Under the pieces are notes generated by a model that was not told where the DNA came from, searched no databases, and worked only from the letters and a program-made list of their open reading frames with translations. A program made the position numbers and the translations under genes. From the NCBI RefSeq assembly GCF_053078305.1, contig NZ_CP166879.1: DNA of 64,000 nucleotides. One strand, written 5' to 3'. Positions 1-19,371 of the stretch are shown here, in pieces. Within the stretch, counting starts at the first letter, position 1. Each line of letters starts with the position of its first letter.

Positions 1-1404
1 GTGTCACTTTCGCTTTGGCAGCAGTGTCTTGCCCGATTGCAGGATGAGTTACCAGCCACAGAATTCAGTATGTGGATACGCCCATTGCAGGCGGAACTGA
101 GCGATAACACGCTGGCCCTGTACGCGCCAAACCGTTTTGTCCTCGATTGGGTACGGGACAAGTACCTTAATAATATCAATGGACTGCTAACCAGTTTCTG
201 CGGAGCGGATGCCCCACAGCTGCGTTTTGAAGTCGGCACCAAACCGGTGACGCAAACGCCACAAGCGGCAGTGACGAGCAACGTCGCGGCCCCTGCACAG
301 GTGGCGCAAACGCAGCCGCAACGTGCTGCGCCTTCTACGCGCTCAGGTTGGGATAACGTCCCGGCCCCGGCAGAACCGACCTATCGTTCTAACGTAAACG
401 TCAAACACACGTTTGATAACTTCGTTGAAGGTAAATCTAACCAACTGGCGCGCGCGGCGGCTCGCCAGGTGGCAGATAACCCTGGCGGTGCCTATAACCC
501 GTTGTTCCTTTATGGCGGCACGGGTCTGGGTAAAACTCACCTGCTGCATGCGGTGGGTAACGGCATTATGGCGCGCAAGCCGAATGCCAAAGTGGTTTAT
601 ATGCACTCCGAGCGCTTTGTTCAGGACATGGTTAAAGCCCTGCAAAACAACGCGATCGAAGAGTTTAAACGCTACTACCGTTCCGTAGATGCACTGCTGA
701 TCGACGATATTCAGTTTTTTGCTAATAAAGAACGATCTCAGGAAGAGTTTTTCCACACCTTCAACGCCCTGCTGGAAGGTAATCAACAGATCATTCTCAC
801 CTCGGATCGCTATCCGAAAGAGATCAACGGCGTTGAGGATCGTTTGAAATCCCGCTTCGGCTGGGGGCTGACTGTGGCGATCGAACCGCCAGAGTTAGAA
901 ACCCGCGTGGCGATCCTGATGAAAAAGGCCGACGAAAATGACATTCGTTTGCCAGGCGAAGTGGCGTTCTTTATCGCCAAGCGTCTACGATCTAACGTAC
1001 GTGAGCTGGAAGGCGCGCTGAACCGCGTCATTGCCAACGCCAACTTTACCGGACGGGCGATCACTATCGACTTCGTGCGTGAGGCGCTGCGCGACTTGCT
1101 GGCATTGCAGGAAAAACTGGTCACCATCGACAATATTCAGAAGACGGTGGCGGAGTACTACAAGATCAAAGTCGCGGATCTCCTTTCCAAGCGTCGATCC
1201 CGCTCGGTGGCGCGTCCGCGCCAGATGGCGATGGCGCTGGCGAAAGAACTGACTAACCACAGTCTGCCGGAGATTGGCGATGCGTTTGGTGGCCGTGACC
1301 ACACGACGGTGCTTCATGCCTGCCGTAAGATCGAGCAGCTGCGTGAAGAGAGCCACGATATCAAAGAAGATTTTTCAAATTTAATCAGAACATTGTCATC
1401 GTAA
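1..1404 (+). CDS. dnaA: chromosomal replication initiator DnaA (GTG start)
   Basis: 467-aa ORF with Walker A motif [10 protein letters not shown] and C-terminal DNA-binding region; followed by dnaN-recF-gyrB. Confidence 0.98.
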
Positions 1405-1408
1405 ACCT

Positions 1409-2508
1409 ATGAAATTTACCGTAGAACGTGAGCATTTATTAAAACCGCTACAACAGGTGAGCGGGCCGTTAGGTGGTCGTCCTACGCTACCGATTCTCGG
1501 TAATCTGCTGTTACAGGTTGCTGACGGTACGTTGTCGCTGACCGGTACTGATCTCGAGATGGAAATGGTGGCACGCGTTGCGCTGGTTCAGCCACACGAG
1601 CCAGGGGCGACGACCGTTCCGGCGCGCAAATTCTTTGATATCTGCCGTGGTCTGCCTGAAGGCGCGGAAATTGCCGTGCAGCTGGAAGGTGAGCGGATGC
1701 TGGTGCGCTCCGGGCGTAGCCGTTTTTCGCTGTCTACCCTGCCAGCGGCGGATTTCCCGAACCTCGATGACTGGCAGAGCGAAGTCGAATTTACCCTGCC
1801 GCAGGCGACGATGAAGCGTCTGATTGAAGCGACCCAGTTTTCGATGGCGCATCAGGACGTTCGCTATTACTTAAACGGTATGCTGTTTGAAACCGAAGGT
1901 GAAGAACTGCGCACCGTGGCGACCGACGGCCACCGTCTGGCGGTCTGTTCAATGCCAATTGGTCAATCTTTGCCAAGCCATTCGGTGATCGTGCCGCGTA
2001 AAGGCGTGATTGAACTGATGCGTATGCTCGACGGCGGCGATAATCCGCTGCGTGTGCAGATTGGCAGCAACAATATTCGCGCCCACGTTGGCGACTTTAT
2101 CTTCACCTCTAAACTGGTGGATGGTCGCTTCCCGGATTACCGCCGCGTTCTGCCGAAGAATCCGGACAAACATCTGGAAGCAGGCTGCGATCTCCTCAAG
2201 CAGGCGTTTGCTCGCGCGGCAATTCTCTCTAACGAGAAATTCCGCGGTGTGCGCCTGTATGTCAGCGAAAACCAGCTGAAAATCACCGCCAACAACCCGG
2301 AACAGGAAGAAGCGGAAGAGATCCTCGACGTTACCTATAGCGGTGCGGAGATGGAAATCGGCTTCAACGTCAGCTATGTGCTGGATGTTCTGAACGCGCT
2401 GAAATGCGAAAACGTCCGCATGATGCTGACCGATTCGGTTTCCAGCGTGCAGATTGAAGATGCCGCATCACAGTCGGCTGCCTATGTTGTCATGCCAATG
2501 AGACTGTA

Positions 2509-2509
<1 letters not shown>
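1409..2509 (+). CDS. dnaN: DNA polymerase III beta sliding clamp
   Basis: 366-aa ORF starting [21 protein letters not shown]; stop overlaps recF start. Confidence 0.98.
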
Positions 2510-6025
<3,516 letters not shown>

Positions 6026-6036
6026 TGGCGTTAACC

Positions 6037-6145
6037 ATGCGAGCGTGCCTGATGCGCTACGCTTATCAGGCCTACGAGACTCCTGCAATATATTGAATTT
6101 GCATGTTTTTGTAGGCCGGATAAGGCGTTCACGCCGCATCCGGCA
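6037..6145. repeat. REP/BIME palindromic elements downstream of gyrB
   Basis: two REP-like palindromes, tgcctgatgcgctacgcttatcaggcctac and gtaggccggataaggcgttcacgccgcatccggca. Confidence 0.7.
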
Positions 6146-6161
6146 AGAAGCTATAAGAAAA

Positions 6162-6190
6162 GGGCGGAGATCATCTCCGCCCTTTTTATT
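6162..6190 (+). terminator. rho-independent terminator after gyrB
   Basis: GC stem gggcggagat / atctccgccc followed by a T run. Confidence 0.7.
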
Positions 6191-6264
6191 TCTGCAATCC
6201 GCAATTATCATCCCGCAGTTCTATACTTTTTGGGTCAACACGTAACGCTTTACAGGTGATTATC

Positions 6265-6663
6265 ATGGGGCTTTTTGATGAAGTTGTCGGCGCCTTTCTG
6301 AAAGGCGATGCGGGGAAATATCAGGCGATTTTAAGTTGGGTTGAGGAGCAGGGCGGCATTCAGGTGCTGCTGGAAAAACTGCAAAGTGGCGGCTTAGGGG
6401 CCATTCTCTCAACCTGGCTGAGTAATCAACAGGGCAATCAATCGGTGAGCGGCGAACAACTGGAATCGGCGCTCGGCACAAATGCGGTGTCCGATCTCGG
6501 GCAAAAACTTGGCGTGGATAACAGTACAGCTTCCAGTTTACTGGCAGAACAATTGCCGAAGATTATTGATGCGCTCTCACCGCAAGGTGAAGTGTCACCA
6601 CAAGCCAATAACGATCTGCTTTCCGCAGGCATGGAACTGCTGAAAGGGAAACTCTTCCGCTAA
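6265..6663 (+). CDS. yidB: DUF937-family protein YidB
   Basis: ORF 6256..6663; start placed at MGLFDEV from remembered YidB N-terminus; position after gyrB. Confidence 0.8.
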   Translation: MGLFDEVVGAFLKGDAGKYQAILSWVEEQGGIQVLLEKLQSGGLGAILSTWLSNQQGNQSVSGEQLESALGTNAVSDLGQKLGVDNSTASSLLAEQLPKIIDALSPQGEVSPQANNDLLSAGMELLKGKLFR

Positions 6664-6777
6664 GCAAATGGGGAGCATGCAACCCGCGTTGCATCCCCCT
6701 TTTCCCTCGGGTGTTGTACTGATTTTTGAGCGGAATCGCGTTAGCATGGGTCAGGAACCAATCTACCTGGGGAACTC

Positions 6778-7590
6778 ATGGCTATCAAACTCATTGCTAT
6801 CGATATGGATGGCACCCTTCTGCTGCCCGATCACACCATTTCACCTGCCGTTAAAAATGCGATTGCCGCAGCTCGCGCCCGTGGCGTGAATGTCGTGCTA
6901 ACGACGGGTCGCCCTTATGCAGGTGTTCACAATTACCTGAAAGAGCTGCATATGGAACAGCCGGGTGACTACTGCATTACTTATAACGGCGCGCTGGTAC
7001 AGAAGGCCGCTGATGGTAGCACCGTGGCGCAAACCGCTCTCAGCTATGACGACTACCGTTTCCTGGAAAAACTCTCTCGCGAAGTCGGTTCTCATTTCCA
7101 CGCCCTGGACCGCACCACGCTGTACACCGCCAACCGTGATATCAGCTACTACACGGTGCATGAATCCTTTGTTGCCACTATTCCGCTGGTGTTCTGCGAA
7201 GCGGAGAAAATGGACCCCAATACCCAGTTCCTGAAAGTGATGATGATTGATGAACCTGCCATCCTCGACCAGGCTATCGCGCGTATTCCGCAGGAAGTGA
7301 AAGAGAAATATACCGTGCTGAAAAGTGCGCCGTACTTCCTCGAAATCCTCGATAAACGCGTTAACAAAGGTACGGGGGTGAAATCACTGGCCGACGTGTT
7401 AGGTATTAAACCGGAAGAAATCATGGCGATTGGCGATCAGGAAAACGACATTGCAATGATTGAATATGCAGGCGTCGGTGTGGCAATGGATAATGCTATT
7501 CCTTCGGTGAAAGAAGTGGCGAACTTTGTCACCAAATCCAACCTTGAAGATGGCGTGGCGTTTGCCATTGAAAAGTATGTGCTGAATTAA
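6778..7590 (+). CDS. yidA: HAD-superfamily sugar phosphatase YidA
   Basis: 270-aa ORF with HAD motif I (IAIDMDGTLL) and motif IV (GDQENDIAM). Confidence 0.9.
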   Translation: MAIKLIAIDMDGTLLLPDHTISPAVKNAIAAARARGVNVVLTTGRPYAGVHNYLKELHMEQPGDYCITYNGALVQKAADGSTVAQTALSYDDYRFLEKLSREVGSHFHALDRTTLYTANRDISYYTVHESFVATIPLVFCEAEKMDPNTQFLKVMMIDEPAILDQAIARIPQEVKEKYTVLKSAPYFLEILDKRVNKGTGVKSLADVLGIKPEEIMAIGDQENDIAMIEYAGVGVAMDNAIPSVKEVANFVTKSNLEDGVAFAIEKYVLN

Positions 7591-7602
7591 TCTATGGGCG
7601 GG

Positions 7603-7630
7603 CAAACAGCATAAACGCGTTTGCCCGCTT
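7603..7630. terminator. hairpin between convergent yidA and yidX
   Basis: inverted repeat gggcgggcaaac ... gtttgcccgc. Confidence 0.5.
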
Positions 7631-7635
7631 ACTGA

Positions 7636-8292
7636 TTATTGGTTTATTGCATATACAACCAGAAATTGCAGCGGTGCAGTAATGATGTCCAGAGTAACAG
7701 TCACTGGCAGTAATGCTGCGGAAACACCATCCGGAATGCCTCTGGGTGAATAGTATTCATAAAATCGCACTTTAAATGGATGGTAGAACGCCATCACCTT
7801 TGAGTAATCCATGTTTTTATTTTTCTCATGGATTGTGCCTTTTAGGTTTTCCAGTGACCTGGTACAGTGTTGAACACCACAGGCAAAACCATAATGCGTT
7901 GCCAGTGCCTTTTCTTCTTCGTTATTCCAGTAGTAGTAAAGCGATATTGTGCCGGTAAATTTCTTTTTCCCCGCATTTAAAACAAATCTTGCGTCATCAG
8001 CAACCTGAATATTGTGCCGGTTAAGTGCTGGATCCTTGAGCATCTTAACGATGTCATCGGCACCATCAGTGATAAGGTAGTCCAGCGATTCTCCTACAAA
8101 AACATAGCCTTTTGTTCCATTACTATCTTTTGCCTGCGATAGCCCCGTGATGGTGTCTGACTGCGATTGATACTTTCCTGAAGTACCCTTTGCGGTATGG
8201 GAAACCAGGGCATACGAGATACAGCCCGAAAGCATCAGTGCTAGTGGGAATAAACCGGCAGCCTTAAAAAATCGCTTAAAATTCAAATTCAT
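7636..8292 (-). CDS. yidX: putative lipoprotein YidX
   Basis: ORF 7636..8310; start placed at MNLNFKRF; signal peptide with lipobox LSGC. Confidence 0.8.
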   Translation of the reverse strand: MNLNFKRFFKAAGLFPLALMLSGCISYALVSHTAKGTSGKYQSQSDTITGLSQAKDSNGTKGYVFVGESLDYLITDGADDIVKMLKDPALNRHNIQVADDARFVLNAGKKKFTGTISLYYYWNNEEEKALATHYGFACGVQHCTRSLENLKGTIHEKNKNMDYSKVMAFYHPFKVRFYEYYSPRGIPDGVSAALLPVTVTLDIITAPLQFLVVYAINQ

Positions 8293-8538
8293 GATTAATC
8301 CTTTAAACAAGAGCGCTAAGCCGTTGAAAGCATACTCTTCTTTCCCTCCTGTTTAGCGCCTGCTCTCCCTTTTCAGATTTCTGCCCGATATAAGACCTTT
8401 TCTTATGAGGTGTTTTTTTGTGGACTAATATCTGTTGCAAGGCTATGGGTTCGCCCCGGCACTGGTTTATATCTCCGCCGTCGCGTTGATTGGCGCGCTC
8501 TCTTACATCCTGCTGGTGGACGATGTGAAGCGCGTTGG

Positions 8539-9603
8539 CTAATCCTTCAACTGTGGAATATGTGCCACACCACTGCGCATAATCCACTTTCTTAAAGCCG
8601 GTGCGGTCAGGCATCGGCTTTTTACTATCTTGCCGAAGAGTTTTAAACGCAGTTTGCGGGTGGCGCGCCAGTAAGCGGTATTGAGCTTCTCTGGCTGCTT
8701 CAGTAACACCGAACGCAGAATGTCTGCGCTATCCAGCGCATAGCTAATCCCCTCCAGCGAGCTGGCGCTGATAAATCCCGCCGCTTCACCAATCAGAAAG
8801 GCGTTGTCCTTACCGCAGACAAAATCCTGCCAGCGTGAGGGAAACAGCACTGTGCATTTTTCGCTTTTCACCGCTTTGCCAAACTGGAACTGAAAGGCGC
8901 TCATTTTCTCTTTCAGCGTCGCGAAACGCGTCTGACCGTCTTTCATTGGATAGGCACCGCCAAAGATAAAATAACCGTCTTTGCTGATACTCCATGAGTA
9001 ACAGTCAGTTATCGCATTATCAAAGATGCAGGAGTAGAACGGCACCGGATGTTTCTCTGCGAACCACTGCTGGATTGCGACATATTTACGGATTTGATGA
9101 TCCGGGTAGAGATGTCGCCGCACCATCGAGTTGGCACCATCGGCACCGACCAGATAGCGGGCGGTAATATGCTGCTCCCAGCCGTCTGCGCGAAAAATGA
9201 CATGCCATTTATCATCCTCACGCCAGATTTTCCGGCACAGGCTATCGTGGTAAACCTCAACGCTGACGGGGATCAGCGATTTCATCCACAAGTCGAAAGC
9301 ATGGCGATTAATATTGATATAGCTTCGCTGGTAGTTACGCGTGAGCGATGCGGCGACGTCGACGGTTTTGACGCTGAAAATCTGCGGATTAGCGATCACA
9401 TCGACAGGAAGCGTCAGCCCATCGCGAATAAAAGATCGCTGCGCGTCCGGTGCCAGCAGACCGCCACAAGGTTTGCTGAAACCTTCAGTACCATGCTGGT
9501 GCTTTTTATCCAGCGCGATCACCTGCATTTTGCCTGCTAACTTTCGCGCCAACGCCGACCCTGCCGGGCCGAGGCCAATAATCGCCACGTCGAAATGTTC
9601 CAT
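8539..9603 (-). CDS. cbrA: FAD-binding oxidoreductase CbrA (geranylgeranyl-reductase-like)
   Basis: N-terminal Rossmann motif [18 protein letters not shown] 8539..9624, start placed at MEHFDV. Confidence 0.8.
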   Translation of the reverse strand: MEHFDVAIIGLGPAGSALARKLAGKMQVIALDKKHQHGTEGFSKPCGGLLAPDAQRSFIRDGLTLPVDVIANPQIFSVKTVDVAASLTRNYQRSYININRHAFDLWMKSLIPVSVEVYHDSLCRKIWREDDKWHVIFRADGWEQHITARYLVGADGANSMVRRHLYPDHQIRKYVAIQQWFAEKHPVPFYSCIFDNAITDCYSWSISKDGYFIFGGAYPMKDGQTRFATLKEKMSAFQFQFGKAVKSEKCTVLFPSRWQDFVCGKDNAFLIGEAAGFISASSLEGISYALDSADILRSVLLKQPEKLNTAYWRATRKLRLKLFGKIVKSRCLTAPALRKWIMRSGVAHIPQLKD

Positions 9604-9703
9604 CTTTTCACTCACATTCATCACGATGGCAAAAGACTATTGTCTGAAAGTGAAGTCCTTGTGAAGTATGATGGCGGGAACCGTTTTGTATCAGGACCGC
9701 GCC

Positions 9704-10918
9704 ATGAAACAGATAACCTTTGCTCCCCGTAATCACCTGCTCACCAATACCAATACCTGGACGCCCGACAGCCAGTGGCTGGTATTTGACGTGCGTCCTT
9801 CTGGGGCGTCGTTTACCGGCGAGACCATTGAGCGTGTGAATATCCATACCGGCGAGGTCGAGGTTATCTATCGCGCGTCACAGGGCGCACACGTCGGCGT
9901 GGTGACCGTTCATCCGAAGTCAGATAAATATGTCTTTATTCACGGCCCTGAAAATCCTGATGAAACATGGCATTACGATTTCCATCATCGACGCGGAGTC
10001 ATTGCTGAAGGCGGCAAGGTGAGCAATCTCGATGCAATGGATATTACTGCACCGTACACCCCAGGAGCGCTGCGCGGCGGCAGCCATGTGCATGTCTTTA
10101 GCCCGAACGGTGAAATGGTGAGCTTTACCTATAACGACCATGTAATGCATGAACGCAGCCCAGCGCTGGATTTGCGAAACGTCGGGGTTGCTGCACCGTT
10201 TGGCCCGGTCAACGTACAAAAGCAGCATCCGCGTGAATACAGCGGTAGCCACTGGTGCGTACTGGTGAGTAAAACAACGCCCACGCCGCAGCCTGGCAGC
10301 GATGAAATCAATCGTGCTTATGAAGAAGGATGGGTAGGAAATCACGCGCTGGCGTTTATTGGCGACACACTTTCGCCAAAGGGCGAGAAAGTGCCGGAGC
10401 TGTTTATCGTTGAGTTACCGCAAGATGAAGCTGGCTGGAAAGCAGCAGGTGATGCACCGTTAAGTGGAACGGAAACAACCCTGCCCGCGCCACCGCGTGG
10501 CGTCGTGCAGCGACGTTTAACCTTTACCCACCATCGGGCTTATCCGGGGTTAGTCAACGTCCCGCGCCACTGGGTGCGCTGTAATCCGCAGGGTACACAA
10601 ATCGCGTTTTTAATGCGAGATGATAACGGCATTGTGCAACTGTGGCTTATCTCGCCACAGGGCGGCGAGCCGCGCCAGTTAACCCATAACAAAACGGATA
10701 TTCAGTCTGCATTTAACTGGCATCCATCAGGAGAATGGTTGGGCTTTGTGCTGGATAATCGAATTGCTTGTGCCCATGCGGAAAGCGGGGAGGTTGAGTA
10801 TTTAACCGAAAACCACGCCAATCCACCTTCTGCGGACGCCGTGGTCTTCTCGCCGGATGGTCAATGGCTGGCGTGGATGGAAGGCGGTCAGCTGTGGATC
10901 ACCGAAACTGATCGCTAA
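9704..10918 (+). CDS. yidR: DUF3748 beta-propeller-like protein YidR
   Basis: ORF 9668..10918; start placed at MKQITFAPRN; conserved position next to yidQ. Confidence 0.78.
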   Translation: MKQITFAPRNHLLTNTNTWTPDSQWLVFDVRPSGASFTGETIERVNIHTGEVEVIYRASQGAHVGVVTVHPKSDKYVFIHGPENPDETWHYDFHHRRGVIAEGGKVSNLDAMDITAPYTPGALRGGSHVHVFSPNGEMVSFTYNDHVMHERSPALDLRNVGVAAPFGPVNVQKQHPREYSGSHWCVLVSKTTPTPQPGSDEINRAYEEGWVGNHALAFIGDTLSPKGEKVPELFIVELPQDEAGWKAAGDAPLSGTETTLPAPPRGVVQRRLTFTHHRAYPGLVNVPRHWVRCNPQGTQIAFLMRDDNGIVQLWLISPQGGEPRQLTHNKTDIQSAFNWHPSGEWLGFVLDNRIACAHAESGEVEYLTENHANPPSADAVVFSPDGQWLAWMEGGQLWITETDR

Positions 10919-10919
10919 A

Positions 10920-11252
10920 TCAGTTATCAGGCATTCTGGCCGGTGGAATAACCGCATTGGTGGCTTGCGCGTTGGCTTCGCTTTTTTCAACGCGTGAGCG
11001 CACCGAGCTGTCTTTGCGGAACACATCCCACGGCAGTAAAAGTGTGTCCATCACAGCGGTAAACGGCATATCGAGAATCGCCAGCGACTTAGTGCCCCAG
11101 TTGGTTTCATCGTCGCCAATCATGCTGGCGCTGGCGCGGGTGCCGGGATACGTTCCTTCTTTCCCCCCGGTATGGGACATCACGCTGGAGCATCCTCCGA
11201 GTAATGTCATTCCGCTGCATATCATGAACGCTAACAACACATTTCTTATCAT
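10920..11252 (-). CDS. yidQ: putative outer-membrane lipoprotein YidQ
   Basis: ORF 10920..11327; start placed at MIRNVLLAFMICSGMTLLGGCSS (signal peptide with lipobox). Confidence 0.75.
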   Translation of the reverse strand: MIRNVLLAFMICSGMTLLGGCSSVMSHTGGKEGTYPGTRASASMIGDDETNWGTKSLAILDMPFTAVMDTLLLPWDVFRKDSSVRSRVEKSEANAQATNAVIPPARMPDN

Positions 11253-11426
11253 AATAAATTCATCTGTTGATCGTGGGTGTTGGCCTGATGAGTTATAGCG
11301 ATCCCTTGCTGAAAATAACATCATCATTACGTCGCACTGTGGCGGCTATCGCACTTTAACGTTTCGTGCTGCCCCCTCAGTCTATGCAATAGACCATAAA
11401 CTGCAAAAAAAAGTCCGCTGATAAGG

Positions 11427-11456
11427 CTTGAAAAGTTCATTTCCAGACCCATTTTT
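11427..11456 (+). promoter_or_regulatory. sigma-32 heat-shock promoter of ibpAB
   Basis: CTTGAAA, 14-nt spacer, CCCATTTTT matches the sigma-32 consensus; the ~100-nt leader before ibpA is where a ROSE-type RNA thermometer would lie (inference). Confidence 0.7.
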
Positions 11457-11557
11457 ACATCGTAGCCGATGAGGACGCGCCTGATGGGTGTTCTGGCTAC
11501 CTGACCTGTCCATTGTGGAAGGTCTTACATTCTCGCTGATTTCAGGAGCTATTGATT

Positions 11558-11971
11558 ATGCGTAACTTTGATTTATCCCCGCTTTACCGTTCTGCTATTG
11601 GATTTGACCGTTTGTTTAACCACTTAGAAAACAACCAGAGCCAGAGTAATGGCGGCTACCCTCCGTATAACGTTGAACTGGTAGACGAAAACCATTACCG
11701 CATTGCTATCGCTGTGGCTGGTTTTGCTGAGAGCGAACTGGAAATTACCGCCCAGGATAATCTGCTGGTGGTGAAAGGTGCTCACGCCGACGAACAAAAA
11801 GAGCGCACCTATCTGTACCAGGGCATCGCTGAACGCAACTTTGAACGCAAATTCCAGTTAGCTGAGAACATTCATGTTCGTGGCGCTAACCTGGTAAATG
11901 GTTTGCTGTATATCGATCTCGAACGCGTGATTCCGGAAGCGAAAAAACCGCGCCGTATCGAAATCAACTAA
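11558..11971 (+). CDS. ibpA: small heat-shock protein IbpA
   Basis: 137 aa from [17 protein letters not shown]; alpha-crystallin domain. Confidence 0.95.
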
Positions 11972-12082
11972 TTCCCTAAGGCCGCCTGGCGCGGCCTGAC
12001 ATCTCCATGCTCGCCGTCAGGGAGCATATGCGAATCTTCGGATTTGCAGGTACTTACTCGCTTCTTAGAAGGAGAAATGACT

Positions 12083-12511
12083 ATGCGTAACTTCGATTTA
12101 TCCCCACTGATGCGTCAATGGATCGGTTTTGACAAACTGGCCAACGCACTGCAAAACGCCGGTGAAAGTCAGAGCTTCCCGCCGTACAACATTGAGAAAA
12201 GCGACGATAACCACTACCGCATTACCCTTGCGCTGGCAGGTTTCCGTCAGGAAGATTTAGAGATTCAACTGGAAGGTACGCGCCTGAGCGTAAAAGGCAC
12301 GCCGGAGCAGCCAAAGGAAGAGAAAAAATGGCTGCATCAAGGGCTTATGAATCAGCCATTTAGCCTGAGCTTTACGCTGGCTGAAAATATGGAAGTCTCT
12401 GGCGCAACCTTCGTAAACGGTTTACTGCATATTGATTTAATTCGTAATGAGCCTGAACCCATCGCAGCGCAGCGTATCGCTATCAGCGAACGTCCCGCGT
12501 TAAATAGCTAA
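12083..12511 (+). CDS. ibpB: small heat-shock protein IbpB
   Basis: 142 aa from [17 protein letters not shown]; paralog of ibpA. Confidence 0.95.
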
Positions 12512-12526
12512 CTAGCTATTCTCTTT

Positions 12527-12555
12527 GCCCCGCCATTCTGGTGGGGCTTTTTTTG
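12527..12555 (+). terminator. rho-independent terminator after ibpB
   Basis: gccccgcc ... ggtggggc stem followed by a T run. Confidence 0.6.
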
Positions 12556-12706
12556 TCTTTCTTCTTCAACAATGCGTTAAATTTCGACTGTTTAAGATAT
12601 TTCGGCACGTTCTTTCCCGTGATAATGTGCGCTATAAGGCAAATCTGCTTCACCGATTCAGCCATAATCCGTAGCAATTAAAATGTTATCTCAAGAGAAA
12701 TGGACG

Positions 12707-14368
12707 ATGAGTGATATAGCATTAACGGTCAGTATTCTGGCTTTGGTGGCAGTCGTCGGTTTGTTTATCGGCAACGTCAAATTTCGCGGCATAGGATTAG
12801 GTATTGGCGGCGTGCTGTTTGGTGGGATCATCGTCGGCCATTTTGTTTCTCAGGCGGGGATGACATTAAGTAGCGATATGCTGCATGTTATTCAGGAATT
12901 TGGCCTGATCCTGTTCGTTTATACTATCGGGATTCAGGTAGGGCCGGGCTTCTTTGCCTCATTGCGCGTCTCCGGATTACGCCTCAACCTGTTTGCTGTT
13001 CTGATCGTCATCATCGGTGGTCTGGTTACCGCCATCCTGCATAAACTGTTTGATATTCCACTGCCGGTAGTGCTGGGGATTTTCTCCGGTGCGGTTACCA
13101 ATACGCCAGCGCTGGGGGCAGGGCAGCAGATCTTGCGCGACCTGGGTACACCAATGGAAATGGTCGATCAGATGGGGATGAGTTACGCGATGGCGTATCC
13201 ATTCGGCATTTGCGGGATTTTGTTCACCATGTGGATGTTGCGGGTTATTTTCCGCGTCAATGTCGAGACAGAAGCCCAGCAGCACGAGTCTTCACGCACC
13301 AATGGCGGCGCGCTGATCAGGACTATCAATATTCGCGTTGAGAACCCTAACCTGCATGATTTAGCCATTAAAGATGTACCGATTCTCAACGGCGACAAAA
13401 TTATCTGCTCGCGTCTGAAACGCGAAGAAACCCTAAAAGTTCCTTCGCCAGATACCATTATCCAACTGGGCGATTTGCTGCATCTGGTGGGTCAGCCAGC
13501 GGATTTACATAATGCGCAACTGGTGATTGGTCAGGAGGTCGATACTTCGCTGTCCACGAAAGGCACTGATTTGCGCGTCGAGCGTGTGGTGGTCACCAAT
13601 GAAAACGTGCTTGGTAAGCGTATTCGCGACCTGCATTTTAAAGAACGCTATGACGTTGTTATCTCGCGCCTGAACCGTGCCGGGGTCGAACTGGTCGCCA
13701 GTGGCGATATCAGCCTGCAGTTCGGCGATATCCTCAACCTGGTGGGGCGTCCGTCCGCAATTGATGCCGTTGCCAATGTGCTGGGGAATGCGCAGCAAAA
13801 ACTGCAACAGGTTCAGATGCTGCCTGTGTTTATTGGCATCGGGCTTGGCGTATTGTTAGGTTCTATTCCCGTCTTTGTGCCGGGATTCCCGGCCGCGTTG
13901 AAACTGGGGCTGGCGGGCGGTCCGCTGATTATGGCGTTGATCCTCGGGCGTATCGGCAGTATCGGCAAGCTGTACTGGTTTATGCCGCCAAGTGCCAACC
14001 TCGCGCTGCGGGAGCTGGGGATCGTGCTGTTCCTCTCGGTCGTTGGTCTGAAATCTGGTGGGGATTTTGTAAATACCCTGGTCAATGGCGAAGGGCTAAG
14101 CTGGATTGGTTATGGTGCCCTGATCACCGCCGTTCCGCTGATTACTGTTGGCATTCTGGCGCGGATGTTAGCCAAAATGAATTACCTGACCATGTGCGGG
14201 ATGCTGGCAGGTTCCATGACCGATCCTCCGGCGCTGGCGTTTGCTAATAATCTTCATCCAACCAGTGGTGCGGCGGCGCTCTCTTACGCCACTGTCTATC
14301 CGTTAGTGATGTTCCTGCGCATTATCACCCCCCAATTACTGGCGGTGCTCTTCTGGAGTATCGGTTAA
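12707..14368 (+). CDS. yidE: AAE-family transporter YidE with TrkA-C domains
   Basis: ORF 12683..14368; start placed at [16 protein letters not shown]; two hydrophobic halves around a soluble middle. Confidence 0.85.
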
Positions 14369-15081
14369 CTCTTTTCCGGGTGGAGTCGCCGTAAATGGTA
14401 CTCCACCTGGTATTCGCTGGCATTTCTGAACATCACTGAATAATTCAAAAACTCCCCGCTCTCGCTATATGACAACGAGGTGATCCGCAGCAGTGGCGTG
14501 TGTTCCGCTACCTTCATTTGCCGCGCCAGCAGTCTATCGGCGAGCACCGGCGTCAGGCTTTCATAATTACCGCCAATCAGAATCCCGCACTCTTGTTCAA
14601 TATATTCAAACTTCGACCCTTCCAGATGTTGCAGCGAAAGGTTACGGAACAGTTTTACCGGCATATAGCTGTCTTCCAGCATCAGCGGTTTCCCTTCCAC
14701 AAAACGAACGCGACGGGAGAAGTAGATCTGCTCGTTGATTTGAATCCGTAACTGGCTGGCAATGGCCGGAGGCGCAGGCATGATTTCAAAAATCAGCACC
14801 TGGCTGGTGACTGTTTTTCCCTGCCGTTTTAACACCTCCACCAGCCCGGTCAGGCTGGCGGTTTGATGCAGCACATCTTTGCGTACCAGGTAAGTGCCGC
14901 TGCCGTGGCGGCGGACCACCAGCCCCCACGCTACCAGCAGGTCAATGGCTTTACGGATGGTCATCCGCGATACCGCAAACTCTTCCGCCAGCTTTTTTTC
15001 ACCGGGAAGAAGGCTGTTTAGCGTGAAATCTGCGGAATTAAGTCGAATTCTTAACCGCTCCGCAATGCTTTTGTAGATCAT
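14365..15081 (-). CDS. yidP: GntR-family transcriptional regulator YidP
   Basis: HTH region [25 protein letters not shown]; start placed at [10 protein letters not shown] inside ORF 14365..15240. Confidence 0.8.
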
Positions 15082-15376
15082 CTCTAGATCTCTTTTTTGC
15101 CTGCAAGCCCGGGTAATGCGCCCACAAGTTCTGCTTAATCGATTGAAAAAACATCTTATTTTTAAAGATGTGTTCGATGCTGTGTACCTGTGCTCACAGA
15201 GGTCTACTTTTTCGCGAAAACGTAGATCTCTACCGCCCAACGAAAAGCATGAAAGCGATCACGAATCCCATTGGGTCGTCATGTTCTGCCGATCGCATCT
15301 TCCTATCCTCGCTCCAGGCCTGCCGCATAACCAATCAGGCTTCCTACTTACAGAATTGAGAAAAGAGGATGTGGAA

Positions 15377-19205
<3,829 letters not shown>

Positions 19206-19371
19206 TTTAATATCCCTCCGGCGAATTATGCTCACAACCTGAACTTAACAGAAAACAATCCGTTCAGGGATACGACGTTTGTATTTTAAGAATCTGACTG
19301 CCTGACCCGACGCATTTTACCTCTCCCTATATTCATGCGTCCGGGACATAAACATAAATAAGGGCTATGAG

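Noticed and set aside
8303-8614. Short ORFs in the yidX-cbrA gap (103 aa minus strand, 61 aa plus strand)
   Set aside because: Neither has a credible start context or recognisable motifs, and one overlaps the cbrA 3' end. They more likely mark the junction where dgo would be than real genes.
12683-12706. Upstream in-frame start codons of track ORFs (yidE, nepI, adeQ, ibpA, ibpB, yidQ, yicS, yidL, yidP)
   Set aside because: In each case an internal ATG matches the N-terminus I recall for the E. coli protein, or a signal peptide begins there. The track takes the longest ORF, including TTG and GTG starts.
15116-15376. N-terminal extension of the PTS permease ORF
   Set aside because: The extension is not hydrophobic and overlaps the divergent yidP promoter region; the internal ATG at 15377 (MLSQIQ) is the likely start.
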